This document shows positions 14,201 to 27,654 of a DNA stretch of 64,000 bases, piece after piece. This DNA is from Botryllus schlosseri (Eukaryota). The stretch covers positions 38,316,001 through 38,380,000 of the forward strand of contig CM119371.1 of NCBI GenBank assembly GCA_051294905.1, read 5' to 3'. Each line of letters starts with the position of its first letter. The first letter of the stretch is position 1. The notes beneath the pieces are model-generated. The model had not been told where the DNA came from. It worked only from the letters and a program-made list of their open reading frames with translations, and ran no database searches. Made by a program: the position numbers and the translations under genes.

Positions 14201-17200
14201 CAAGCTATAATATTACCATATTTGTTTACGAAGCTACGTGCTTGCATGTATCCGAGGATAAGTAATCTAAAGTACTACTCTTCAACAGGGTGTATAGTAG
14301 GGGTACCTGTTAGGATGTACCAGAACCTTCCAACGGTGTAACACGTCTATGAGAGGAGGTACAAGGGTGTCCCAGTTACCGCAACCAGTTTACCTAATGC
14401 ATCTTGCATCTAATGATATTTTTTTACTCATTACAGTGCTAGATAGTGCGGAGTATTAGGACTGGGCGAGAGTATTGATGGAGCCTGGGGTTCTTAAACT
14501 ATTTTTATCGCGGACCCCTTCAAGTATTGTGGGTGGTTGCGCACGCCCCCCAAAAAATGAGAATCCGATGTCATGCCTAAAATAAGCTAACTAATAATTT
14601 GGCAAGGTAGTCACTATACACGTGAGGGTTAAATATTATAATGTACTTGTTTGTCATCACATTCTCGCACTTGCTAGTCATGAACAATACTCGTGCACTT
14701 GTACAGTTTTTGTGTAAACCTTAACAATATCTAACATCCCGGATACGATTGAGGAACACTTATTGATAAACCCACTCGAATACTGCGGGGATACGGCCTC
14801 TTACCGGAATTACAGTAGTTGTCATTGTCGATTCCGCTGTTGTCGTGGTTGTTCTTACGAGAATGTCACGTATTACTGTATAAGAAGATAACCAGTTGGT
14901 AATGGTCGACACCAAGGATTTAGGAAAATAATCAGACAACCCGAATCAGGGAAACCCGAGTAAATTAACATATTAATTCGCATGATTCGAGTCTAGTAAT
15001 GAGCGTTGGGTTTGTCGAGTATACTGAAATTAGACGCTCTTTGTCTGGAAGATTTCATTTATGAACGAGAAGTATAGGCTCGATACCCTTTACCAGTCTC
15101 GATGGCTGTAAACCTATATTGTTTTTATCGTACCATACGAAACATGTAGTACAAAGATATGCACGTTAACGGAATTGACATATCGTGATTAACTCGCAGC
15201 ACTGTCGCGAAGTGTCATGAAATAGATATGGTCGCAAAATACTAAATAATCTAAGAAATGCATACCTCGCGTTAATTCCTTGTGGTGGCATAACAGGCAT
15301 ACATTTGAATTTTACAAATCTTGCATACTGTCATGTCGTCATGATTAGTGATACACGAACACTCGAAGCGTGACACTCGATTTAGAAACGAATCCCTCAA
15401 TTACCAGATTATGCCCATAACTATATAGTCGCCACCGATGGCTTCCCCACATCAATTACTGCGTTTCGATACACCCGGTTTGACGATACTCACATTTGAT
15501 CATTTCTACCCTCAGCAAGAGTTGGATAATGTCCTGAAACTGATTGTTAGGAGGGGAAACATGTCCGGCTGACGCAGGCTGTCTCCCATCAACGACCCCC
15601 GGTATGCCGTACTGAATGATAAGAAACTAGTTAATGCCGTACAGTTTTATTCGCGCAAATAGTAGGTGAGGTATGCACACTAATTAACTTTAAAAGTATT
15701 ATGTGACCAATGGTGATTACAGATCGTAGACCACCAGTCCTTCGTAGGTGATGAACGAAACAAGAGTTTTACAATACTACCACTACTTCTAATAAGCATG
15801 TGTGACTGGATGCTGGATGTAACAAAGCCATCAAAGCGCAGCCAATCAATACGGCCTCATTCCAGGGAATAGTCGCAATGAACTAACTCGACGCCAAATA
15901 CCAACGTGAAACTTGGCATGTTTATTTATTTTTTATTTATTGGAAAAAGAAACAGAGTGGCGCCTATCACCGTTAGGTCTTGTGCGCCACGACATGAAAC
16001 TTGGCATGTATATTTCCGGTGAACTCCGTACTAGTCTAATGTTTCACATCGGGTTACTAATTAGCCTACTATACGCACCGAAAACGAGAGCGTTTAACTG
16101 TTTATGTTCATGTTATGAATAGTTACTGTTATCGGATACGGTCAGATTTTTTCAGATTCAAGCATGAATTTCGTCATTAACATTAGTATTTTCACATATT
16201 GCTATCAAATATTTATCCTTTCTCAGCCCATGTCATCAGATTCACCGGAAGAGTTTATGGAGGAAGTGTTTCAAAAATGTACGGCAGGTGATAAATAATG
16301 ATGCATATTCGGTTTGGCGAATTGTTATTAGTTACTTTGTTGCATGCTGATATTTCTTGACGTCCCATCGAGATTGTCGGTATATTGAAAAAATACTGGA
16401 GACGCCCGAACAAATTTCTTTCGTGAGTAGCACACGATTACAAGTTGGTATTTCTATATAGGGTCCATCATTTTCCTCTGCTGTTCGCATCTGTACTGTG
16501 GGGATAAGATTGCAAAGCACGCTACTACAGTAAAATCGAAATATGAAGTCGCAATGAATCGTGCATAGCACGAAGAAAATTTCAAGATTATTTAACATCT
16601 CTCAAAAATTCGGGATCAATTCGTAAATTCAATTTGCATGTCAACGGCCACCAACACATACTAACTGAATTACATGTCCACGGTCACACAAATTTCCTTC
16701 TACGGCCACAGGTTGGCTAACCCTGTTATAGTGTAACAAAAATACTAACGTATGTTAAAAATAACAGCACTATGGAAAGTATTTCGAAATTAAGTGAATA
16801 TGAATAGTGTAGGGGATGTGGTCAGTTGGAATATTTCATATACAATTTAGCGGTAGCTTTATTGCAGAGGGTCAAAGCATGGTATATTACTAGCAAGAAT
16901 GTAAATTACGAAGCTCAGACGGTAAGGTATTTCATATACTGACGCCGATGTACGAGACTGAATTTCGCACAAGACTTGTCGAGTCGTGTTGCAAACGTAA
17001 GTACAAGATGAAGGGGATATCTTGTTTCATGTTTGCCAGTATCCGAAGGTATGTGGGCCAAAGCATCAAAATATAGCACGGCGTACTTACAGTTCCCTGC
17101 TGGGTACGTGGTTCTTCCCCAGCTTCCTCGCCGATAACTACAATGCGAACGAGTTTAGAAAGACAAAGTCAGACAAAAAGTCGCCAGAGCCGCTTACCTC

Positions 17201-17249
17201 CGACATAAGCCACCGCCACAAGGAGGATGAAGCTTGGCACGAATCGCAT
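8256..17249 (-). CDS. Secreted C-type lectin-like domain protein, paralog 1 (6 exons, 236 aa)
   Basis: Exons on the minus strand: 17249-17198 (signal peptide MRFVPSFILLVAVAYVG), 17137-17091, 15611-15494, 14875-14805 (Thr-rich), 12098-11953 (DDFQDWKEYKGCRYQ...DCQDKGAVLA), 8532-8256 (VWLPL...LQW...FYVCEYCPP*). All introns are GT-AG, phases 1,0,1,0,2; total 711 nt with no internal stop. CTLD assignment comes from the W..Y.GC.Y / C...GA.LA / WxxL / FxCE pattern. Confidence 0.88.
9186..10503 (-). mobile_element. hAT MITE family A in intron 5 of paralog 1
   Basis: TIRs CAGAGGTGGTCA / TGACCACCTCTG; perfect 8-bp TSD ATAACAAC (9178-9185, 10504-10511); empty homologous site in paralog 2 intron 5 (about 32600). 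Confidence 0.9.
11327..11856. mobile_element. Degenerate hAT-like MITE in intron 5 of paralog 1
   Basis: CAGGTGTCGCCAACC ... GTTTGAGAACCACCG ends; absent from the homologous paralog 2 intron position (about 33415). No TSD. Confidence 0.45.
12155..14490. mobile_element. Long-TIR (about 250 bp) foldback element in intron 4 of paralog 1
   Basis: 12155-12313 plus 13268-13365 is the imperfect reverse complement of about 14245-14490 (e.g. CCTAGCAGGTACCCCTACGATACACCCTGTTGAA vs TTCAACAGGGTGTATAGTAGGGGTACCTGTTAGG). The left arm is split by a younger MITE. Confidence 0.7.
12314..13267. mobile_element. MITE with 25-bp perfect TIR GGGGAGATGTGGTACCGATGGATCA
   Basis: Perfect inverted repeat at 12314-12338 and 13243-13267; it interrupts the left arm of the foldback element. 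TSD unclear. Confidence 0.75.
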
Positions 17250-17419
17250 GATGGCTTACTTTGACTATAGAACACCCGATCTGATTTAGGAAGAGAAGCA
17301 ACTGCCATTATTATTGATCTTGAAAATAAAATAAAATTTGGTGCTTATCGGTTTTGCGCGATGCGGCTAAAACTTGGCATTAAATTCAATTGCAGACAAA
17401 TAGGTTAAATTTTCACATT

Positions 17420-17842
17420 TAGGTTTGCATTAAAAACAAACAGCGTTTTAAAACATTTTGTTCAAAACATGTTTTAAACAGTGTTTTAAACGAAGGCCTC
17501 TAAAAAAATCGTTTTTTTCAAGTTGTAAAATTATGTCATAATTGTGTAAATACTTTCCAAAAAACATGTTGCATGAGCCCACGGACAACTATCACCCGAT
17601 TTAGCGTATATTGACATGGGATGGTTGGAAACCTCAAAATAGTCGGTTCAGCAGTTATAGAACAGATATTACGTCAAATGAGCTATATTTACCATGTATT
17701 TTCAATTGTCAATGTCAATCGATTATGACGTCACAAGTGAATATTCGTGACGTCATGGCTTGAAAAAATAACTTGTTTTAAATGAGGGCCTTGTTTTAAA
17801 GATGTTTGTTTTTAATTGATTTTTGTTTTAAATGCAACCCTA
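17420..17842. mobile_element. MITE (TAGGGTTGCATT TIR family) upstream of paralog 1
   Basis: TAGGTTTGCATT ... AATGCAACCCTA ends; homologous throughout to 57736-58234; carries two TGACGTCA palindromes. Confidence 0.75.
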
Positions 17843-18359
17843 ATAGCATAGTTGGCAGGACGGACTCAATGTGCTGCGGTCGAAGTTCTGGAAGGTGATC
17901 TCTCATGTGAATACAGCGACAATTCTCATTTAAATGTGCCATATGAACTTAATATGATCGTGACATCAACAAAATGACTTCGATACGAATTCACTTAACT
18001 TTAACCTGGCTTCTAACCAGCAGATCAGTGATTGACAGGCTGCATTATTCGACCGGAGACAACTTCGCCCAATCGCCTCCGGGCCGGTCGTACCGTCGCT
18101 GTCTGATGTTAGCTCTCACAAGCGGCACGAAACAATGCCCCACGACACACCTTCGGATTTCAGTGCGCTGCGTTATAATTTCACAAATTGTTGAGCAATA
18201 GATGAACTTGAAATTCAGGTGGTAAACACGTCATGTTCATTCTAACTAAAAGATTTCAAAAAATCCGGCAACGACCGAATCACTATTTCCCGACTTTAGA
18301 GCACCTGCAAATTGATGGCAAGGAGAAATTGCCAGCGCTTAGCGTTTTCTGAGATATAA

Positions 18360-19499
18360 CACTTGTCAATAAAACGATAAAAAAGGTTTTTGGCAAAACA
18401 TGAAGGAGTATTTCCGGGGATTTTCAAGGTTGCTGATTACGAATACCATATTAGTTTTGTTAGATAGACTCTAGTTAAGAAGATGCTTATACCCTAAAAA
18501 TACCCAATTTTTTGTATTTACCCCAGCAATAATTCACTTTGAAGGAAGTAAATAGTGGATTTTTTACCTTTATACGGCGAATAAACAGATAATAATTGCC
18601 TAAATAACCCTCATGTCGTTCTCAGTTATTCAATCAATATGAACATGCCCTGATGTGAGATCTTTGTTTGTCAAAAAAATATGCTTGCCGAATCTAAAAA
18701 TTGTACTTTTGCACAACGTAAATATATTGTTCCTGTAGCAGTTGGTAGTTGTACGAAGACGGAAGTGGAGTATAATGCTATAAAATTTGTCCATGAAAAG
18801 CTTAACTACAATAATCATGTGCGACCCATCTCTTTTGACTTGTCAATGGACGAATTCCTGCTGAACCGACAACGTGGGCACGCATACCTAGTATCCCTAT
18901 CAAACGAGAAGCCCACAGCTTGTATCTTTAATGAATCTCAGATATTCGATTACTAATGAAAGATTCTAATTTCATATTAAGAAAAGAGCTCAGTGCTTGT
19001 AATTCTATCCAGGGTGAAGGAAAAAAAGTTTTGAAAGATCACAAAGCACTCAACTGTACAAACAATTGGTCCAAACTAAACTGCTTATAGGCGAAAATTA
19101 CACTAGAAACAATTTTGTTTTAAAATAAATTATTGATATTATATTCCAACTGTGTATTTTGAATTTACAATATATGGCTGGCATAAAACTAATTGATTCA
19201 TGATATCCGTGACAGTCTTCAACTAGGATAAATCTAACACCACTAAATATAATGATTTTGTTTCAAGTGCATAAAAATAACAAGTAGATTGAATTTCAAA
19301 ACTTTATAATACGAAAGAGCTGTTTTCATCAGACCATACAGCGAATATAGGATATTCTAATCAAAAATTGTCCAATGGATTATCTCCAAAATAAGAGTCA
19401 ATTTGAAGGAGAAAAACAAGTCATATTCGGAATCTGTGCCCTTCAGAACGCGCAAAACTTCTCTTACTTTGTCTGCCTAAAAATTTGTTTTGACCGGTG
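18360..19499 (+). mobile_element. Internally deleted Chapaev3-like DNA transposon with transposase remnant
   Basis: CAC...GTG termini with imperfect TIRs (CACTTGTCAA / TTGACCGGTG) flanked by a TAA/TAA 3-bp TSD. 18681-18990 encodes EYNAIKFVHEKLNYNNH..ISFDL....LL..Q.G and CIFNESQI./LLMKDSNF, resembling Chapaev3 transposase motifs (from memory). Confidence 0.65.
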
Positions 19500-21292
19500 T
19501 AATATATGTTGATGAGACGTGCGTAGCTTATTGGCACTCCATGTGCCGCATGTTGCGATTCGACCAATCGACGTTTCGAGGCCTTCACGATGGAAACTTT
19601 TATCGAAACTATTATTTCCGTAGAAACATTAACTCTGGTGGCAAGGAGCACATAATCTTCGTAGTAGAAAGAACCATCCCTCATTATACTATACTTGACT
19701 CGAATCGTTAAGATTAATACTAGATTCACATTGGAGTTCTGGAATCTTCGGGGACTTGACTCGACTCTCGGCAAAATCTCGAAGACAATCTCGGCAGTCA
19801 AACATCCCCGCCAAAGTGCCTTCAAGTCGGAAAGCCAGCAGGTTTTAAGCAATCTCGCCCTTTTCTTATTTCTCATGCACTTTTCTCCTCGTTCTCTCTG
19901 GCGCACTTACTCGCTGAGGATTTTCACAGTTGCGGTAAATAACGCTTTTGACACAAGCTCAAACTATTGTTATTGCGAAATAATGCCACATTACCGGTCG
20001 TCCGGCGAACATCGGATTTCCTGTCTATCTTTTGCTGTATGATTTAATTCAAGAAAACGCAATAAATCATAGTCTGAAAACTCAGAGCTGGACGACTAAA
20101 ATTTTTCAGCCATTTCAAATTTGATCATAATTAGAATTACAGTTTTTCCAAATTGTGTTAAAATTAGAATTACTGAATTGCATAAACTTGGAATTTGAAT
20201 TTGATTCCAACTCAGAAAGAAATACAGCAATCAAGTTCAGATCACATCAAACCAGAGATCATTCTGATAACCACGTCTACTGCAAATGTCTGCACACGAA
20301 GCTTTGCACGTTTCTCACAATACCGTTCTCCTGCAGCATCTTCGTGAAAACCACAAATTAGAATTGACTTCAAATGTGCCTATAGAAACATGTTACAAAT
20401 AAGATTAGAATTTGTATGCTCGTCTGCTCTGAACGTATACGAATGTTTCTCAATCCGCACGAGCATCGGATCGTGTACCGTAACCAGGATAGTGTGGCGA
20501 GGAAAATTATGTTCACTTGCCTTTCCACGATGTAATGCGGGAACGGAATGTAGAATTTCATTCATTTCGATTTGCGCTGGGCGTGTCTTCAGGATAATTA
20601 CAGATCGACGTAGATACGCGATAGCATTTTCAGCCAAAATCATACTCCGATATCAGTATTTGTTCAACTTTATCTCGCCGTTTTGCCGTAGATATTTTTA
20701 AATCGAGTTATAGGAATCAATTGCATTTCCTAACTGTTTATTTTATCTGCTCTATCTGGAAAACAATTTCATATTGGAACGCGTACTGACAACAGCCCTG
20801 GGCTAGATTGTTGTTGACGAAATCGATGACCGAGGTTTGTTTTTACTTACGTACAAGAAAGTTTTCTCAAACATCTCATCTCAGCGATAAAATCAGACAG
20901 AAAATTCCGTGCAAATCGCCTTTGATCCTTTCTAGAGCTCAATTACGAGTTACTGCACCGACTACTTTCACTCTACAGGCCAGGGCTTCCTTTACACCAT
21001 TGTTTTACCACTGAGCCGAGTTACCATGATGATATCGAAGCAGTTTCAGTCCCCATTTCTTGTAAGCGATGATCTAATGAAGATAAATTCGCCATATCGG
21101 ATGTTTTGGTTCTTATTCCCTGCACGAAAATGTTGATCTGGGCCATGTGTTGGTCTAGTATGTCAACGAATTTGTAACAATGCCGAAATACAGAATCGTA
21201 TGACACATGGCTTTCGACGACAATATTATAAGTCGGGTAATCTCAAATCAAAGCTAAATTCCAATATTTTCGTCGGCAGGGTCAGACTCGTC

Positions 21293-22179
21293 GGCGCTTC
21301 TTCGATATACGCCCCAGATCGAAACAGTGCTCCCCATGACACCAACAAATGTTTCACATGAACACAATAAAATTTATAAACGTCAAAATAAATTGTTTTT
21401 TGTCTTTGTTGTGGAAGGGGGATATTATGGTTGGAGGAGAGGGGGATATTAGGACTGGGGAGGGTGGATTTTAGGGTTGAGTAGAGGGGGATATTAGAGT
21501 TGGAGAGGGGGGATATTAGGGTTCGAGGAATGATGGATATTAGGGTTGGGAAAGGGGGATATTAGGGTTGGAGGAGAGGGGGATATTAGGGTTAGGGTTA
21601 GAGCTGGGTTAGGGTTAGAGCTGTGTTAGGGTTAGGAAATGGGGATATTAGGGTTGGAGGAGAGGGGGATATTAGGGTTGGGGAGGGGGGATATTAGGTT
21701 TAAGGGATGGGTTTAGAGTTAGGGTTAGAGCTGTGTTAGGGTTAGGAAATAGGGATATTAGGGTTGGGGAGGGGGGATATTAGGGTTAGGGGATGGGTTT
21801 AGAGTTATGGTTAGAGCTGGGTTGGGGCTAGAGCTGTGTTAGGGTAAGGGTAACCCAAGAATAGGTTTGGAGTGCAGGACACGATATTCCACACTCTCCC
21901 GACCAAAATATCCCCAACCCTAATCTTGGGATACCCTAACACCAACTTTGACCCTAACCCACCTACAACCCTAATAACCCCCTTCCCCCGGAATACCCTA
22001 ATATCCACCTACCCCCAACCCTGATATGCCTAACCCACATCCAACCCTAATATCCGTCTCTCCACAGGCAAAAAACAATTTATTTTGACGTTTATAAAAT
22101 TTGATCGTGTTCATGGGAAACACTTGCTGGTTACATGTGAAGCACTGTTTCGATCTGGGGCGTATATCGAAGAAGCGCC
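21293..22179. mobile_element. MITE with about 130-bp TIRs and internal telomere-like (TTAGGG) repeats
   Basis: First 39 bp of the TIRs are perfect (GGCGCTTCTTCGATATACGCCCCAGATCGAAACAGTGCT); 8-bp direct repeat GACTCGTC on both sides; absent from the paralogous site near 43535. Confidence 0.88.
21420..22050. repeat. G-rich minisatellite (GGGGATATTAGGGTTGGA-type) with TTAGGG runs and an inverted C-rich counterpart
   Basis: Repeated ~21-nt units and TTAGGGTTAGGGTTAGAG at about 21420-21850; AACCCT / CCCTAAT repeats at about 21900-22050. Confidence 0.85.
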
Positions 22180-25100
22180 GACTCGTCAATGACATAAAAC
22201 GTCGGTGTATTTATCGGATCTATCATTGGAATAATTCAAGAATACGTACAGACTCAATTCTGATGTAGACATCCCTGGCGAATTGTAATGCAAGAGTACA
22301 AGCCAGATCCTTGAATATTCAAACTTCGCTAATGAATATTCTTGTTTTCAGGAAATTAAGATAGAAAATACAATTCTCAAAGAATAGCAGAATAGCAATG
22401 TACCGGGTCTAGTGACTAGGCCTACACGCTATGCAGGAGTGTGTTCTGTAAAAAAACGAAGTGTAGAGACATAGGCTCAATTTCGTTAACTCGACCTCCG
22501 CTAGACTCGAACCTTCAATCTTTTGATTCAAAGCCCGGCACCATATTCCATCACGCCACGAGGCAGCCGGCCACATCGTGACAGCAATTTCGGAATAATT
22601 TGACCACTAATGCATTGGTATTAGAATCCAGACATCGCATCAAGTCATTCAAAATGCTTATCACTGAATATTATGACATCACTCAAATTCTGTTCGTATT
22701 AATGTACAAAAGCGGTGATTCGTCACAACGGGCAAACGGATGTGGAACGGGTGCGCGCGGTACGACCAGCAACTTGGTTACAATTACTTTTAGAGTGCGT
22801 TGAAGTAGGGTTAACATATTTTGAGGCTCAAAAAGAGGAGACATTTCAAAAATCTCGAAAGCTCTAGTGTCGGAAAAGGGAACTGGTGATTTTGAAAAAT
22901 TTCCGATCAATATAGTGCTGTTTTGACTAATAAAAGGTTATCACTTCCACTCGACTCCCGCATTACCCGCTTTTTACAATATTTTTGTGGTGTTGACTGA
23001 AAAAAAGGGCGTCGCTTTCACTCAATTCCTGAATTACCAGCTTTTCAAGGTACTTCCGTGGTGTTGACGAATAAAAGGTCATCTTTCCAATCTCCACTCC
23101 CATAATACACGTTCCATCGTCATTTTCGTATATTGTCTTGCCAACTCTGGCGTTGGTTGCGTTGGAGTCGAGTTTTTGATCTCATTTTATTAATTTTTCT
23201 AGAACAAGAGGATAAATCCTCTTAAAAGAAGACATATGGTAACCCTAGCTGAAGGGAAAGCTGTGGAGTTGGACTATCGATACCTATGCTTAATTACTAA
23301 ATGACTGACGAATCCGTGCAAATGTTCAAATTATCTTCAGTCACCATAAAAGAATAGTTACATCCACCAGTTGATGTTACAATATTTTATATAAATCTGC
23401 ATACAATTGCATAATATATTCACATTGAGATATACCCGTATACGTTCGGCTGAAACTCGTTTGGGCTAATCCTCATCAACGTCTACATATTTGTAAGGAA
23501 CATCGCATAACGGCAGTCGTATCACCAAACATATGGTCATCTGCATGGGAATTCGATGAATCGAGGCACATATCAATCTTTAGATTGGCGGAATTTGATG
23601 AAAGTCGACTGTAACGTATCATAAATTGAAGAATGAACAGCCTCTCTCAACAACGCGATATATGTCGTCTCGGTAATATCCAGCTTAAATAGGATTATCC
23701 ATTAAATGTTAACCAGTGGTAGAATTCATGGCAAATTGCCTGTTCGGATTGAAGTTTCAGCGGATGAATCTATAGGGTGACTTTTTCTCCAGGTGTGCAT
23801 GGTGCGCCTGTTCTAATACATCAAAGGATATGCTATTTTCAAAGCTAGAGAAAAGGTGGGCAGTGTTGGGTCCTTAGTGAGTCTGTAGACAGAGTATCGC
23901 AATAAAGAATTACGGCCTATGGTGTTAATAACGACCGAAAGTGTCGAAAATCAATGGAAACCAAACAATAACGAAATTTAAGTAATGATATCACTTTGAT
24001 CATATTTTAGGCAGCTCTTTCTTCACGTTCATGTAGAATCATCTTCTTCCGATTTTTACACAAACGTGTAGTATTTGTTTCAAGATCCGAAAAACAACAC
24101 AATGATATATAATGTAAGTGTATAGGTTTGAATCCTCAAAATATCAAAAGGTTGTGAGCGTGACCGCAATAGTTTCGTTTCGAGCTGATGACCAGACCAA
24201 GTAAAATACATCATCAGAATTTACTCGATTGGTATGCGACGAGTTCAGAATTAAGCTGACAATTATCCGCGTGCGTGCTGGTAATGGCGGTTTGAGTAAT
24301 CCGCGATAAGGGATTATCTGATTGTTGCAAACAATTTGTACAAGGAAACAGAGCTATTGCCGTTACTCTCAAGCCGCAGGGATGATCGACAGAATCGATT
24401 CGTTATCAACACATTTCGGCCAAACGTGAACACTTTCCGATAAATATTTTAATTTGCTATGCCAAAGACAGTCTGCTAAATGCCGCACTTTGCTCGGCTT
24501 CAAAACTCCGATCAGATCCTACTTCATCTACTTTATTATCCAGCATTCTAATGTCGCATTAGCGGAGTTGAAAAAGTAGGGAACCGGGATTGCTGTTTAG
24601 GAGTTGCCCTCAACTTTTACCGGGCGTGTGTCATAACCATAAGGACGGAAGCACTCCATCAGACGGATTCGGACTCCAAAATTACCAAATCCGTTTCATC
24701 TGTACGCCGACAATGACCATAATGAAAGGTACGTGAACCAACGAGCATCATGATCATGAACAATGTGTTAGAACCTCATTGTGACTGGAACATGACTGAC
24801 ATTTGTCTGGGTCGTTCATGTGTCTGGTGCATTTTGCGAATGCCAGACACCATGTCCGTGGTGTGTTCTGACTGCATTGCTATTCGGAAATCATATCTGG
24901 GTTATTTTCGTAGTGCGTTACCACTCTGACGTCATGTCTGGGGTATCCGTGAAGTACTTTGGTACTGCGTTGCTAACAATTAATTTTCGCTTATACACAA
25001 TGTTATGAATGCTAAAGGTAATATTTCAACGTCACAAACGGCGGAATAACACAGTAGTATACAGACATACGTGAGTGAGGACGAGAAGATAAAAATACTA

Positions 25101-26087
25101 GGGTAGTCCAAAAAGTAGAAGTACTAATACCGGTGTCATTCGGCTTTTAGAGGAAAGGGGAATGTATGTCGGAGCTGGACGAGGAAATGACGAATGAAAA
25201 ATGTTGGAAACCACTGTTTTGGAACAAGGCATACATATTTCACACAAACATAAAAATATGAGCTCCTCATCGCTCATTTTTATGATTTTCACGGAAGGCA
25301 CGAAATATAATCAAAATTTTATGGCGTGATAGTTTAGTAGTTAAACAAAACTGAAATGTTACGCGACCTTGTACATAGAAAATTCATTTCAGGACAAGTA
25401 ATATCGTAATGATATGAAAATACAAATAAAAAATTCCCATCTCCAGACCGTGCTGGCTTCCTAACCATCACCGAACACCGCTGAATACTGTATTCATTTT
25501 CGGATTTAATATCAACCCTTAGGATCGCGGATCAGCTCTCGAGTGATTAGAAAAATATAGACTTCGACTCTAAGTGTCGAATTTCGCATTCTCCCTTTTC
25601 ACACAGTTCCCTCTAATTGGCATACCGGCGCTGGTCGCCCGAGGGGTAGTTCAATCTGAATCGCGCGGTAAGCGCAAGCTCGTTAGAAACATGATCAAGA
25701 TATTTCATTTAATATCAACTTGAGGAATCGTAACCACGCAATATAAGACGGAAGACAACTTTATCGGAAATACTGTAATTCTCGATTCACTAAGAAGAGG
25801 TTATAATTGAAATCATTATTTCTAAAAGATGAGTGGCGCTTATCACCACAAGCGATTAGGGATGTTTGAAGGAAACATGGTTTCTCGCTGACGCCATCTA
25901 TTTAGGACAAGAGTTATATCAATATTTATTTATATATTATAATATATTATAATTATATTTAACTGTAGTAGATAAACATAACTCCATACACTTGAATTAA
26001 ATAGAATATTGATGGAAACACGAATATTGTCGGTTGACACTCGTCAGGTGCATGTGCCATGAATATTGTATATCAATAATCGCATCA

Positions 26088-26396
26088 TCAAATATGACTT
26101 GCTGATGTGTTAAAATTAGCCGGCGACCCTAATAGCACTGTATGACTTAGCAAATAGCCTTGCAGCTTTGCTAGCTTCGCCATGTGATCCGCATCGGCCG
26201 AGTGTATGTATGTCAATGCATGATTAACCTCATAATGCCGAATAAAATTATATTTCTTGAGCGTGGACAGCTGCTCGGAGCTCATCATTAAGTGAAGAGA
26301 TCGGTCACGGCCGACTTTAGTTAATACATATTTAGTGCTCAAAATCTTGTTGAAATATTGGCCTGTAGCCGCATCTTTCGTTGTTGAACATAACAT
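26088..26396 (-). pseudogene. Decayed SPIN/GTF2IRD2-like hAT transposase fragment (unit 2 copy)
   Basis: LKKYNFIRHYEVNHALTY; collinear with 3828-4103. Confidence 0.6.
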
Positions 26397-27444
26397 CGTT
26401 TGTGAGTGAGGATGGCCGCGAACACGTGCATTGCTGCATTAATATACGCATTAGGATTTGGAAACGTGTTTGGAAACAAACAATTTTTGAACTTGAATTT
26501 GGAAATAACTTTAATTGTAACGGCACAGTTTGATACGATATAGCTTTATTTTGAACATTTTCGATGTCTGGCTGCTATCGAAGAACCGCCAATAATTTCA
26601 ACTGACACTCGCCAGGAGTAATCGTCAGCTACTGGCAGAAAGATGAAAGAACATTGTATATCAGCGTTCAACAATCATGTATCTTTAATTGTCCTTAGGC
26701 GCTTAAACGGCTGCCACCGATTGTTTCTGTCCTGGCAATTTGAACCCCACAAGACAAATGCCTTTCCACAGAGAAAAATATTTGCCAGAAATAACAATTT
26801 GAAATCGTGTGCGTCTTTTAGTTTAATACGTTTGGGTGATTTCAATATATTTTGTCTTACAGACAGGAGGACACGAAATAACATCATGTAACGAATTCAT
26901 TTTACCAACGGACCCGCTCGAATATGTTAAATTAGTATTTACTGGCCCTATATTTTCCAAGACAACGCATCATTGATCTTAACCGGTAAATCTGATTACG
27001 TGGGCAGAGAGAGGATAAAAAAGTTTATAGCAATATAGATGTAATTCCCGATACTATTGACCGATTTAATCATGAATTATGGAAATTTTTCGCGGTATTG
27101 GGTGAGGTAAACTGACATAAAGTAAGGCGAAGCCCCACAAAAGTTTGGTTTATCACCTTACGAGGCCCCAAGATCAACGTTTGGTGGGGGTGGGGGGGGG
27201 GGGCGAAGTGCTGTTTAGGCTCTAATTACTAGAGGAGATTGAAAACTTGACAAGTTGCTACATTTCTTAAAGACTACGCAGCACGGGCATAACTGAGTGA
27301 ACTACGTGCGATGAGGTGCAGCTTTCCAGCACTACTATGTCATGGAGGGGTGATGAAGCATATGTGTTAGAGTTGTAGTGTTATTGGCTGTACGCTTCCG
27401 CGAACAGATTATTGCTTTAGTTCAGCCGCAGGTATACTTTAAAG

Positions 27445-27530
27445 CAGGGGTTCGCGACGTGTGGGTCATTGGGAGGGGGGCATTTTTTTAATTCTAAGTG
27501 GCCACTGTTTAAAAAGGTTGGGAACCTCTA
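27445..27530. mobile_element. 86-bp hAT mini-MITE
   Basis: CAGGGGTTCGCGAC ... GGTTGGGAACCTCTA flanked by CTTTAAAG / CCTTAAAG; a similar element sits at the homologous site about 6294-6380. Confidence 0.6.
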
Positions 27531-27654
27531 CCTTAAAGGATCATTTCGCTCTATATATGATGCGTTCTCAAATTAAAATTGAGCGCAAGAGCGGTCATCT
27601 TTCTTATAAAGACATCGTATCGGCACCGCAGTTACGAGAACAATAGCTCTAGTG

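Noticed and set aside
19421-20701. Cluster of overlapping 60-160-aa ORFs on both strands (also 31004-31540, 34636-35068, 45346-46038)
   Set aside because: No recognisable domains or splice-consistent exons, and frames are not preserved in the paralogous copies.
21420-22050. Telomere or chromosome-fusion site
   Set aside because: The repeats are degenerate, enclosed by TIRs with a TSD, and absent at the paralogous site, so this is a transposon interior.
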